This document shows positions 1 through 11,133 of a stretch of DNA of 64,000 nt, piece by piece. Position numbers and translations under genes: made by a program. The stretch spans positions 352,001-416,000 of the forward strand of contig CAXXGI010000003.1 of assembly GCA_963674695.2 (NCBI GenBank). Direction: 5' to 3'. This DNA comes from a bacterium (lineage in GTDB: Bacteria; UBA10199; 2-02-FULL-44-16; JAAZCA01). Position 1 is the first letter of the stretch. The number at the start of each line of letters is the position of its first letter. The notes below the pieces were generated by a model. The model did not search any database. It was not told the DNA's origin and saw nothing but the letters and a program-made list of their open reading frames with translations.

Positions 1-2
1 CC

Positions 3-239
3 GCTGGTGGCGATCGCTTCATCGCCTTGGTCGATACCGAGAAAAAGCTCTATCTCATCGATTCGGACAATGGCGATATCCTTTTCGAGCGGTTCGTGCG
101 CAAGGGGAGTTTCGGCGATCCGGTCGTCGTGGGGGATCAGCTCTATATCCTGTCGAACTCAGGGCGCCTGTTCAGCTTTACGGTGAAGGAGAAGCCGATG
201 AAGCGCCGAAGTGCGAAGGCAAAGGAGATCGACGGATAG
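3..239 (+). CDS. Partial (5'-truncated) PQQ-type beta-propeller protein, BamB-like C-terminus
   Basis: Frame is open from the window edge. It has LYLIDSDNGDILF and PVVVGDQLYILSNSGRLF blade-like motifs. Confidence 0.6.
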   Translation, partial: AGGDRFIALVDTEKKLYLIDSDNGDILFERFVRKGSFGDPVVVGDQLYILSNSGRLFSFTVKEKPMKRRSAKAKEIDG

Positions 240-340
240 TGTTGTCATCGGCCTATCTCTGAGAAAAGCGTTGCCAGCACAGGGGGCCTCTGATAAATTC
301 CCGATATATTTCCATATGTTCGCTTGGGGGGGGGATGCAC

Positions 341-2629
341 ATGAAGCGATGGGGGAGATGGGTTTTCGTCGTGGTGTGTATCATCTCGTTGTTCGGTGTT
401 GTCCCCGAGGGGCGCGCGGACAGCCAGACCTTCAACGCCTTGTTCTTTCAGCCCGCTATCGGGCGCAACCCCTACCTCATGTTGCAGGGGACCGAGACGC
501 TCAAACAGCTTCAGTTCGACGCCGGTGAAATCTTCTCCTACGGCTATCGTCCTCTCGAAATGCGCCAGGCCGGCACGCGCATCCAGGGCGTGATCGACCA
601 GACGGTCGTGGCCGACTTCGTCGCGGCCTTCGGTGCCATGGATTGGCTGCAGCTCGGCATCGATTTTCCGCTGATTCTCATCAACAAGTTTCGCAATCCC
701 TTGGTCACGCCCGCACCGGCGATGGCCAATCATTTCGATATCGGTGACATTCGCTTTGAGGTCAAGGCGCGCTTTCTCGATGCCTGTGAGAAATATGTCG
801 GCGTGGCCATCGTTCCGTTCGTTACCATTCCCACGGGAAAGTCTTCGCACTATGTGGGCGACCCCGGTATCACCGGCGGCGCGCGCGTGGTGGTGGATGG
901 TCGGCCGCATCCGCGCATCGGGCTGACGCTCAACGTCGGGTATAAGGGTGGCAAGAAGGTGAACGTCCGCAACATCGAATATCAGCACCTGCTCCTGCTG
1001 GGCCTTGGCGTCAACGGCCAGCTCGGCCACGGCGTTGACATCTTCGTCGAGGCCAATGCCGAAGCGGCGTTTAACAAACTCTTCGCCGACAAGGATATGA
1101 ACCCCGCCGAGGTCATGGTGGGCGCGCGTTGGGATATCAAACAGACGGGAGTTTCGATTCATGGCGGCGGTGGCACGTGCTTGGTTTGCGGGGTGAAGGG
1201 CGCGCGCGTGCGCGCGGTGCTGGGCGCGAAGTATCGCTTTATGAACGAGAATCTGCGCATGCAGGAGATGGAATCGGCAAAGCTCTGCAAAGCGCGCTTC
1301 GCGGCATTCAATCAGTTCGAGATGGAGGAGCTGCGCCGAAAATGCCCGCCGGATCCATCGCTCTATCAGGCGGGCGTGAGTGATCCGGGGTGTCCGAAGT
1401 ATTATGAGATGCGTGAGTTGGCTGACTTGGTCATTCGCTGTCCGTCGGATCCCGCGCAGTTCAACCCGCAGTTTCATGATGCCGGCTGTCCGAAGATCTT
1501 CAACCTGGCCGAGACCTACACGCGCGACGAGATCTGGAGCATCTACTCCATGTCCGCTGCGGAGATGGGCATTCGGTGCCCGGCGGATCCGGCGCAGTTC
1601 AATGCGTCGCTGCACGATTTTGGATGTCCCAAATACTATGACCTGAAAGAGGTCGTGACGTTGGCCGAGCGTTGTCCGGAGAATCCCGGGGCCTATCGTG
1701 CCGGCGTCGATGATGCGGCGTGTCCCAAGTACTATACGCTGCGCGATGAATATAATCCGGATCAGTGGGCGCTCATCGCCAAGCTTTCCAAAATCGATAG
1801 CGATAACGATGGGATCAACGACTATCTCGACCGATGCCCGAAGGAGCCGGAAGACTTCAACGGATTTGCCGATCATGATGGCTGTCCCGAGGGTGGCCAG
1901 GCCACGGTCGCTGGCGGTGAGATCGCCACGCTTCGGCCCGTCTACTTCCAGTTCGGCAGTGCCGTGCTCTCGAGTGAGGCCAAGGCGATTGTCGATCAGG
2001 TCATTCAGGTCATCAATGCCACGCCATGGGTACGGCGCGTGCGCGTGAGCGGGAACACCGATGACATTGGGAACTGGGAAAACAACGAGCGGCTTTCGCG
2101 AAAGCGTTCGGGCGTCGTGATCGACTATATGCGCCAGCAAGGCACGCGCTCCGACGTCGAACTCGTTCCGATCGCGTACGGATCGGCGCGTCCGGCAGCT
2201 TCGAATAAGACGGAGCAGGGGCGTGCGCTCAATCGGCGCGTGATCTTCAACGTGGCCAGCGTGCGCTATCCCACGTTTACGCCGCCGACGCCGACGTTGC
2301 CGGCAACGGCACCGGCGGCGGCGCCGCCCGATATGGCACCTCTTTCTGGGACGCCGGTCGGATATTCAGGGGGCAGTTCCACGCGGGATCTCCCCGTCGA
2401 TTGGAGCAAGGCACCGCCCGAGTCGCGCACGCAGGGCGTGGCCCCTCCAGCGCCGGCATACACGCCGCCACCAGCTCCCGCACCGATGCCGCAAGTGGCA
2501 CCACCTCCGCCGATCATGACGCCACCGCCGCCCATGGTTCCGGTCACCCCGGAGCAGGCGCCTCGTCTTCCGGGTGAAGAACCTGCGCCAAAGGAGACGC
2601 CGCAATCGCAGCAGGATCGCTGGTTGTAG
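341..2629 (+). CDS. OmpA-family outer membrane protein: N-terminal beta-barrel, Cys-rich repeats, TSP3-like Ca-binding repeat, OmpA_C domain, Pro-rich tail
   Basis: Signal peptide; DSDNDGINDYLDRCPKEPED..DGCPE (TSP3-like); VYFQFGSA, GNTDDIG..ENNERLSRKR, GRALNRRV (OmpA_C). Confidence 0.85.
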   Translation: MKRWGRWVFVVVCIISLFGVVPEGRADSQTFNALFFQPAIGRNPYLMLQGTETLKQLQFDAGEIFSYGYRPLEMRQAGTRIQGVIDQTVVADFVAAFGAMDWLQLGIDFPLILINKFRNPLVTPAPAMANHFDIGDIRFEVKARFLDACEKYVGVAIVPFVTIPTGKSSHYVGDPGITGGARVVVDGRPHPRIGLTLNVGYKGGKKVNVRNIEYQHLLLLGLGVNGQLGHGVDIFVEANAEAAFNKLFADKDMNPAEVMVGARWDIKQTGVSIHGGGGTCLVCGVKGARVRAVLGAKYRFMNENLRMQEMESAKLCKARFAAFNQFEMEELRRKCPPDPSLYQAGVSDPGCPKYYEMRELADLVIRCPSDPAQFNPQFHDAGCPKIFNLAETYTRDEIWSIYSMSAAEMGIRCPADPAQFNASLHDFGCPKYYDLKEVVTLAERCPENPGAYRAGVDDAACPKYYTLRDEYNPDQWALIAKLSKIDSDNDGINDYLDRCPKEPEDFNGFADHDGCPEGGQATVAGGEIATLRPVYFQFGSAVLSSEAKAIVDQVIQVINATPWVRRVRVSGNTDDIGNWENNERLSRKRSGVVIDYMRQQGTRSDVELVPIAYGSARPAASNKTEQGRALNRRVIFNVASVRYPTFTPPTPTLPATAPAAAPPDMAPLSGTPVGYSGGSSTRDLPVDWSKAPPESRTQGVAPPAPAYTPPPAPAPMPQVAPPPPIMTPPPPMVPVTPEQAPRLPGEEPAPKETPQSQQDRWL

Positions 2630-2700
2630 TCCGTATGATGGAACCGCTCTCTGTTCATGGTGGCGCTCTGCGTGGTCGCTTCGGCGATGGCATGCGATGA

Positions 2701-4227
<1,527 letters not shown>

Positions 4228-4228
4228 T

Positions 4229-4314
4229 TTCGTGTTCTCGTGAATCGTGATCTCGTGGTTTCGTTCAGGATCAATGACGCGATCTCACGAGTTCACGATC
4301 TCCGAGACCACGAA
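4229..4314. repeat. Imperfect palindrome built from heptamer-like repeats (TCGTG.. / ..CACGA)
   Basis: tttcgtgttctcgtgaatcgtgatctcgtgg followed by cacgagttcacgatctccgagaccacgaaa in the guaB-guaA spacer. Confidence 0.6.
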
Positions 4315-4323
4315 AGTGTATTC

Positions 4324-5865
4324 ATGGATACCAACCGCATCCTCATCCTCGATTTTGGCTCACAATACACCCAGCTCATTGCGCGGCGTGTGCGCGAAGC
4401 GAAGGTCTACTGTGAGATTCAGCCCTGCACCTGGTCGGTGGACAAGGTGCGCGCTTTTCACCCCAAGGGGATCATCCTCTCGGGTTCGCCCGCATCGGTG
4501 ACCGACGCCGAGAGTCCCAAACTCGATCCAGAGATCTTGAGCCTCGACGTTCCGGTGCTCGGCATCTGTTATGGCATGCAGTCGATCACCGTCGTGCGTG
4601 GCGGGCATGTTGAGCGTTCGGGCAAGCGCGAATACGGGCGTGCGCACCTGCAGGCGCAGGAGGGCCATCCGCTCTTCGCCGGCGTGCACGAATGGCCCAT
4701 GCCGATCTGGATGAGCCACGGCGATCGCGTCGAGGCGCTGCCCGAGAACTTTCGTTCCATCGCCTTTACGCCCAATTCGCCGTATGCGGCCATGGCGTCG
4801 AAAGACGACCGCATCATCGGCGTGCAGTTTCATCCGGAGGTGACGCATACGCCGGAGGGGACCACCATTCTGCAAAACTTTGTCCTTCGCATCTGCGGAT
4901 GTGAACCCACCTGGACGATGGAGTCGTTCATCGAAGAGCAGACACGGGCGATTCGCGAACGCGTTGGGGATGCGCGCGTGATTCTGGGACTCTCCGGCGG
5001 CGTCGATTCCTCTGTCGCGGCCGTTCTCATTCATCGCGCGATCGGGGAGAAGCTCACCTGTATCTTCGTCGATAACGGCGTGTTGCGCAAAGACGAGGTC
5101 GAAAAGGTGGAACGCGTCTTTCGCGAGCACTACCAGATCGATCTCGATGTCGTCGATGCCGCCGATCGTTTCCTGACGAAACTTGCTAGTGTCGAGGAAC
5201 CCGAACGCAAACGCAAGATCATCGGAAATGAATTCATCGCCGTCTTCGAAGAGGAGTCAAAGCGCTTCGAGAACGTCCGTTTTCTCGCGCAGGGCACGCT
5301 CTACCCGGATGTGATCGAATCCGTTTCGTTCAAGGGTCCGAGTGCCGTCATCAAGAGCCATCACAACGTGGGGGGCCTGCCCGAGCGTATGGGTCTCGAA
5401 CTGATCGAGCCCTTTCGCGAGCTCTTCAAGGATGAGGTGCGCGAGGTGGGGCGAAAGCTCGACATGCCCGACGAGATCATCAAGCGTCAGCCCTTTCCCG
5501 GCCCGGGGCTTGCGGTGCGCATCCTGGGCGAGGTAACGCGTGAGCGCTGTGATCTGCTGCGACTCGCCGACGAGATCGTCATGCAGGAGCTCAAAGATGC
5601 CGGCTGGTACGACAAGACCTGGCAGACCTTCTGCGTGCTCTTGCCCGTCAAATCCGTCGGCGTCATGGGCGATGAACGCACCTATGAAAATGCCGTTGCG
5701 ATCCGCTCGGTCAATTCCACCGACGGCATGACCGCCGACTGGGCACAGCTCCCCTATGATCTGCTCGGCCGCATGTCGAACCGCGTGATCAACGAAGTCC
5801 CCGGCATCAACCGCGTGGTCTACGATATTTCGTCGAAGCCACCGGCCACAATCGAGTGGGAGTGA
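4324..5865 (+). CDS. guaA: GMP synthase (glutamine-hydrolysing)
   Basis: [45 protein letters not shown]. Start placed at ATG 4324. Confidence 0.98.
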   Translation: MDTNRILILDFGSQYTQLIARRVREAKVYCEIQPCTWSVDKVRAFHPKGIILSGSPASVTDAESPKLDPEILSLDVPVLGICYGMQSITVVRGGHVERSGKREYGRAHLQAQEGHPLFAGVHEWPMPIWMSHGDRVEALPENFRSIAFTPNSPYAAMASKDDRIIGVQFHPEVTHTPEGTTILQNFVLRICGCEPTWTMESFIEEQTRAIRERVGDARVILGLSGGVDSSVAAVLIHRAIGEKLTCIFVDNGVLRKDEVEKVERVFREHYQIDLDVVDAADRFLTKLASVEEPERKRKIIGNEFIAVFEEESKRFENVRFLAQGTLYPDVIESVSFKGPSAVIKSHHNVGGLPERMGLELIEPFRELFKDEVREVGRKLDMPDEIIKRQPFPGPGLAVRILGEVTRERCDLLRLADEIVMQELKDAGWYDKTWQTFCVLLPVKSVGVMGDERTYENAVAIRSVNSTDGMTADWAQLPYDLLGRMSNRVINEVPGINRVVYDISSKPPATIEWE

Positions 5866-5890
5866 TGGGACACATCGGGTGGGGAACTTC

Positions 5891-6409
5891 ATGAGAAATT
5901 GGTATATCGAAATTTTCCGAGCATTGGTCGAAGAAGACATTCGCTTTGTCGTGGCAGGAGGAATTGCGGTCAACCTCCTGGGCGTGCCGCGTTTTACCGC
6001 GGATCTCGATCTCATCGTTGCATTGGATGAGCGAAATGTGAACAAATTCGTGAGATGCATGGCGGACATGGGGTATAAGCCTAAGGTGCCTGTCCCCGCG
6101 GAGGCATTCGCGGATCAGGGGAATCGGGAAAAGTGGGTGCGGGAAAAAAACATGCGGGTTTTCTCCTTCATCCAGCCGAATCGGCCTTACGAGCTGATCG
6201 ATGTCTTTGTGAAGGAACCGATTCCTTTTTCGGAAATGTGGAGAGAGAAAGAAAATATCCGCATCGAGAATATTGAAGTTCCCGTGGTGTCAATCGAGCA
6301 TCTGCTGCAGTTGAAGCAAGCTGCGGGAAGGGAACAGGATCTCTCCGACATCGATGCGTTGCAGAGGCTTCAAGAGGATTTCAAGAATGAAGCGAACAAT
6401 GAGGAATAA
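5891..6409 (+). CDS. Nucleotidyltransferase-family protein (pol-beta-like, DUF6036-type)
   Basis: VVAGGIAV..GVPRFTADLDL and LKQAAGREQDLSDIDAL motifs. Confidence 0.8.
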   Translation: MRNWYIEIFRALVEEDIRFVVAGGIAVNLLGVPRFTADLDLIVALDERNVNKFVRCMADMGYKPKVPVPAEAFADQGNREKWVREKNMRVFSFIQPNRPYELIDVFVKEPIPFSEMWREKENIRIENIEVPVVSIEHLLQLKQAAGREQDLSDIDALQRLQEDFKNEANNEE

Positions 6410-6581
6410 ACAGCGCGGTGGTGTTCGACATCACATCACCCTTGAGCAGATTCGTGCGTACCGGAAGCTCCCGCCAGAGATGCGCCTTGCCTGGCTCCAG
6501 GATGCGGTCATTCTCTCTTCAGAGGGATTGACTCCAAGGCGCCGCCGGGTCTGGGAGAAGTTTCGGAAGGGTGAAATATAA
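6399..6581 (+). CDS. Small hypothetical protein overlapping the nucleotidyltransferase stop
   Basis: 60-aa ORF with EQIRAYRKLPPEMRLAWL, resembling small partners of such NTases. Confidence 0.6.
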   Translation: MRNKQRGGVRHHITLEQIRAYRKLPPEMRLAWLQDAVILSSEGLTPRRRRVWEKFRKGEI

Positions 6582-6687
6582 GCGATGCGTGATTGATCGC
6601 GTCGTCCGCTTTTTTGCATTGTCTCTTCCATCTCATCTCCAATTGTGTCAGGTAGTGGCCTTCGTCGCATAAGACAAGGAGGCCTCG

Positions 6688-7542
6688 ATGAGTTCGGTGT
6701 ATCTGAACGGCGTGGGCGGCGCCATTTTTCCCTCCGGCATGAATGTGGTTACGGACGACGGCCTGATGCCGTTGGAGCTGGATTTTGACGTGGCCGAAGG
6801 GGGCGGGATCGCGTTCGATGACGGTTCGGCATTCGCACAGGAGGACCACACATCGCCGCCAACGGTTGCCGACGAGCGCACGAGGGAGGCAATCGCCGGG
6901 TGGAAGCCCTCGAAGAGCTGGAAGGAGATGGATAAAGGCGAGAGGGACCTTGTGATCGAGATCTTTTCTCAGAGCGGCAAATCCGCCTGGGCATCCGCCG
7001 TTGCCAGGGCGACGCGTGCCCTGACTTTTGGGAGGGTTTATGTATACGCGCATCGCCTCAGGTCTGATCCCTCTTGGTGGGTAAGGCATGACAGCGACGA
7101 TGAACGCTTGGCGATCGTCGACCTGGCCCTGCGCGTACATGAAGACGATGAGGATGCGGCCGGGGCCGATATGAAACTGACGGTGAAGACGATGCGCGCA
7201 TATGCCGAGCGCGTCTTTGCCCGGCGCAATGGTGTCGGTGCCGGAATCGATCCGGAAGATCCGACCCGTTCGAGGCCGATGCTTTATTCGGACCACCTGA
7301 TGATGTTGGAGGCGCAGTCGGTTATCGAGTCGAGCCTGCCGCGGTTGCCCCATAAGATGCAGCAAGTCCTTCGATATCGCTATTATGGTTATGGAAATAG
7401 GCCGAGTCCCTTTGATAGCGTGGGCGAGCAGATGGGCGGCATGCCGCCCGAGAATATACGCCAGATCGAGATGGGCGCTTTTCGGCTGTTGCAAAGGAGG
7501 ATGAGGTTTCTCGCTCGATACGAAGGGGAGATCGAACGATAA
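6688..7542 (+). CDS. Hypothetical protein with C-terminal sigma-70 region 4-like HTH
   Basis: RBS AGGAGG; C-terminal LPHKMQQVLRYRY..FDSVGEQMG..ENIRQIEMGAFRLLQ; acidic low-complexity N-terminus. Confidence 0.65.
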   Translation: MSSVYLNGVGGAIFPSGMNVVTDDGLMPLELDFDVAEGGGIAFDDGSAFAQEDHTSPPTVADERTREAIAGWKPSKSWKEMDKGERDLVIEIFSQSGKSAWASAVARATRALTFGRVYVYAHRLRSDPSWWVRHDSDDERLAIVDLALRVHEDDEDAAGADMKLTVKTMRAYAERVFARRNGVGAGIDPEDPTRSRPMLYSDHLMMLEAQSVIESSLPRLPHKMQQVLRYRYYGYGNRPSPFDSVGEQMGGMPPENIRQIEMGAFRLLQRRMRFLARYEGEIER

Positions 7543-7656
7543 GTCCGCTCGGCGATCGGAGACGATGCTTGTCGGAACATCCGCAGGAACAGCAACAAGC
7601 CGGATAAGGCCTTTTCACTGGTCTTTTGCCGTCTGCCGCGCTAGTGTCCAGCCCCC

Positions 7657-10600
7657 ATGCCGCACGCTGATTTTGTCCATCTCCACGTTCATTCCTACTA
7701 CAGCCTCCTGGATGGGGCGCTGCCCATCGGGGTCATGGCCGAGCGTGCCCGCCAGTATCAGATGCCCGCGCTGGCGCTCACGGATCACGGAAGTCTCTTC
7801 GGCGCCGTCGAATTCTATCAGACCGTCCAAAAGGCCGGAATCAAGCCGCTCATCGGGTGCGAGATGTACCTGCCGATTCGGGGCGATCGCCACACGCGCG
7901 ATGCCAGTGGCTCGGGTCGGAACTTTCACCTGACGCTCCTGGTCAAAAATCGGGAGGGTTGGCGCAACCTCTGTCGGCTTGTGAGTTCAAGTTATCTCGA
8001 AGGGTTCTATTATAAGCCACGAATAGATAAGGGAATATTGCGCGAGAACAACAAGGGCCTCATCTGTCTCTCCGGTTGTCTCAAAGGCGAGATCTCGCAG
8101 GCACTCGTCCAGGAGAATATAGATGAGGCGCGGCGTTTGGCCGAGGAGATGGCCTCCATCTTCACGGAGAATCGCTTCTTTCTCGAGATCCAGGACCACG
8201 GGATTCCGGAGCAGCAGCAGGTGCTCTCGGGCATGAAGGAGCTCTCAAAAGAGCTCGGCCTGGGGCTGGTGGCGACCAATGACGTGCACTACCTGGAGCG
8301 GGCCGATGCCCCCGTGCACGACGCGCTCCTGTGTATCCAGACCGCCAAGATGATCAGCGACGAGCGGCGGATGCGGCTCTCCACGGAGGAGTTCTATTTC
8401 AAGAGCCCCGATGAGATGCGCGAGCTCTTTGCCGATTTTCCGGGTGCCATCGAGAACACCGTGGCGATTGCCGAGCGCTTGAACCTCGAGTTCGATTTCA
8501 ACACCTATCACTTTCCGAAATATAAGCCGCCCGATGGGCGCGATCTGGCCAGCTACCTCGCGTCGCATACGCAGGAGGGGTTTGCCCGTCGGTGGAAGAA
8601 GGTCGTCGTGCATCATGGCGACGATGCGACGCTCCGTAAGGTTTACGAGGCGCGCCTCGAAGAGGAGTTGGGCATCATTCAGAATATGGGTTTTGCCGGC
8701 TATTTTCTGATCGTCGCCGATTTTATCGAGTACGCGCGCGCGCAAAATATCCCGGTCGGTCCCGGACGCGGATCGGCAGCCGGGTCGCTCGTGGCCTATT
8801 GTCTTGGCATCACCAACATCGATCCGATCGAGCACGACCTCCTCTTCGAGCGGTTTCTCAACCCCGAGCGCGTGAGCATGCCCGACGTCGACATCGATTT
8901 CTGCATGCGTCGGCGTGACGAGGTGATCGCCTATGTGAACGAGAAGTATGGCAACGTCAGCCAGATCATCACCTTCGGGAAGATGAAGGCGCGCGCGGTC
9001 GTGCGCGATGTGGGGCGTGTGATGGGGCTGGCCTATGGCGATGTCGATCGCATTGCCAAACTCATTCCCGCCACGCTGGGGATGACGCTCGATCAGGCGC
9101 TCAAGATCGAGCCGAAGCTCAGCGAGACGGCCAAGCGCGATCCGCAGGTGGCGCGTCTGCTCGAGGTTGCGCGTAAGCTCGAGGGGTTTCCGCGCCACGC
9201 CTCCACGCACGCCGCGGGCGTGGTGATCGCCGATCAGCCGCTCTCCGATCTCGTGCCGCTCTACAAGGGGAAGGACGACGAGGTCGTCACCCAGTTCGAC
9301 ATGAAGTCAGCTGAAAAGGTGGGGCTGATCAAGTTCGACTTCCTGGGCCTGCGCACGCTCACGGTTATCGACGACTGTCTCAAGATCATCGAGGCCACCG
9401 AAGGCAAGACGATCGATATCGACGACATTCCGCTCGATGATGAACTGGTCTACCAGAAGCTCTCCGAGGGGGATACCGCCGGTATCTTCCAGCTGGAAAG
9501 CTCGGGCATGACCGATCTCGTCATGAAGCTCAAACCAAACGCCTTCCCGGATATCGTGGCGTTGGTGGCGCTGTTTCGCCCGGGTCCACTCGGTTCCGGC
9601 ATGGTCGATGATTTCATCAACCGCAAGCACGGGCGCATCCCCATTCGCTATGAGTTGCCCCAGCTCGAGGAGATGCTGCGCGAGACCTACGGCGTCATCG
9701 TCTATCAGGAACAGGTGATGCGGATCGCCAACGTTTTGGCGAACTACAGTTTGGGCGAAGCCGATCTGTTGCGGCGCGCCATGGGCAAGAAGAAGGCCGA
9801 AGAGATGGCCAAGCAGCGCGAGCGCTTCATCGAGGGTGCGGTCACAAACAAGGTGCCGATGCCGAAGGCGACGCGCATCTTCGAGCTGATGGAGAAGTTC
9901 GCTGAATACGGGTTCAACAAATCCCATTCGGCGGCCTACGCCATGGTCGCCTACCAGACGGCCTACCTCAAGTTTCACCATCGCACGGCGTTCATGGCCT
10001 CCATGCTCACCTCGGAGAAGGACAATACCGATAAGATCCTGACCTACATCAACGATTGCCGTACGCGTGAGATCAAGATCCTCCCGCCGGATGTGAACGA
10101 GAGCCGTCGCGATTTTTCGGTGGTGGGTGACGAAATCATTCGCTTTGGCCTGGCCGCGGTCAAGAACGTCGGCGAGGGGGCCATCGAGAGCATCATCGAG
10201 GCTCGCACGGAGGGGGGGCGGTTTCGCTCGCTCTTCGATTTCTGCGAACGCATCGATGCGCGGCGCGTAAACAAACGCGTGCTCGAGAGTCTCATCAAGT
10301 GCGGCGCCTTCGATTTCACCAACGCGCGACGCGCGCAGCTCATGCAGGTGCTCGATGTCGCCATGGAGATTGCCGCCTCCCGTCAGCGCGATCGGCTGAG
10401 CGGCCAGTCGCGTCTCTTTGATCTCTTGGGCGAGGCGGGTGCGGCGCTGCCCGATCCGCAGCTCCCAGATGTTCCCGAGTGGGAGGAGCGCGTGCGCTTG
10501 GCGTTCGAGAAGGAGTCGCTCGGCTTTTACATCACCGGGCATCCGCTGGCGCAATACGAGGCGTTGCTCAAGCAGTATGCCAGCGTCGATACAGACACGC

Positions 10601-11121
10601 TCGTTGATGTGAATGACAAACAGGAAGTAAAGATCGCGGGTGTGGTCTCCAAGATGCGTGAGATCACCACCAAGCGCGGCGATCGCATGGGGTTTGCCAC
10701 CCTCGAGGACCTGCGCGGGTCGGTGGAGGTGGTCGTCTTCTCCGATGTCTATACGGAGACGCATTTTCTGCTGAAAGGGGAAAAGCCGATCTTCGTCATC
10801 GGCAATGCGGACACCGACGGCGAGACGATCAAGATCATCGCCACGCGCATCATGCCGATCGACGAGGTCAGCCGCCATCTCACCAAGAGCGTGCATTTCT
10901 TTCTGCATCAGCCCGAGATCAATGAGAACCACCTCAAACAGCTCAAGAATGTTCTGTCGCGCTATCCCGGCGAGTGCCCGGGCTACGTTCATCTGGTGAT
11001 TCCCGACAAGACCGAGACGGTGCTCTCGCTGCCCGACGGCATGAGGCTTGCGCCCACGGCGCAACTGGTCATGGCGGTCGACAAGCTCTTCGGCCACAGC
11101 GTGACGCGCTTCATGTCGTGA
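7657..11121 (+). CDS. dnaE: DNA polymerase III alpha subunit
   Basis: FVHLHVHSYYSLLDG PHP domain, GPGRGSAAGS, PDVDIDF, GFNKSHSAAY, OB fold. Confidence 0.98.
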   Translation: MPHADFVHLHVHSYYSLLDGALPIGVMAERARQYQMPALALTDHGSLFGAVEFYQTVQKAGIKPLIGCEMYLPIRGDRHTRDASGSGRNFHLTLLVKNREGWRNLCRLVSSSYLEGFYYKPRIDKGILRENNKGLICLSGCLKGEISQALVQENIDEARRLAEEMASIFTENRFFLEIQDHGIPEQQQVLSGMKELSKELGLGLVATNDVHYLERADAPVHDALLCIQTAKMISDERRMRLSTEEFYFKSPDEMRELFADFPGAIENTVAIAERLNLEFDFNTYHFPKYKPPDGRDLASYLASHTQEGFARRWKKVVVHHGDDATLRKVYEARLEEELGIIQNMGFAGYFLIVADFIEYARAQNIPVGPGRGSAAGSLVAYCLGITNIDPIEHDLLFERFLNPERVSMPDVDIDFCMRRRDEVIAYVNEKYGNVSQIITFGKMKARAVVRDVGRVMGLAYGDVDRIAKLIPATLGMTLDQALKIEPKLSETAKRDPQVARLLEVARKLEGFPRHASTHAAGVVIADQPLSDLVPLYKGKDDEVVTQFDMKSAEKVGLIKFDFLGLRTLTVIDDCLKIIEATEGKTIDIDDIPLDDELVYQKLSEGDTAGIFQLESSGMTDLVMKLKPNAFPDIVALVALFRPGPLGSGMVDDFINRKHGRIPIRYELPQLEEMLRETYGVIVYQEQVMRIANVLANYSLGEADLLRRAMGKKKAEEMAKQRERFIEGAVTNKVPMPKATRIFELMEKFAEYGFNKSHSAAYAMVAYQTAYLKFHHRTAFMASMLTSEKDNTDKILTYINDCRTREIKILPPDVNESRRDFSVVGDEIIRFGLAAVKNVGEGAIESIIEARTEGGRFRSLFDFCERIDARRVNKRVLESLIKCGAFDFTNARRAQLMQVLDVAMEIAASRQRDRLSGQSRLFDLLGEAGAALPDPQLPDVPEWEERVRLAFEKESLGFYITGHPLAQYEALLKQYASVDTDTLVDVNDKQEVKIAGVVSKMREITTKRGDRMGFATLEDLRGSVEVVVFSDVYTETHFLLKGEKPIFVIGNADTDGETIKIIATRIMPIDEVSRHLTKSVHFFLHQPEINENHLKQLKNVLSRYPGECPGYVHLVIPDKTETVLSLPDGMRLAPTAQLVMAVDKLFGHSVTRFMS

Positions 11122-11133
11122 GTGCGATGAACG

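Noticed and set aside
245-2140. Long antisense ORFs (e.g. 245-2140, 9307-11097, 18096-19823, 25354-27273)
   Set aside because: They are shadow ORFs opposite well-supported genes, as expected in GC-rich DNA.
5865-7600. Genomic island integrated at the guaA 3' end
   Set aside because: No integrase and no duplicated guaA 3' att sequence were seen before dnaE.
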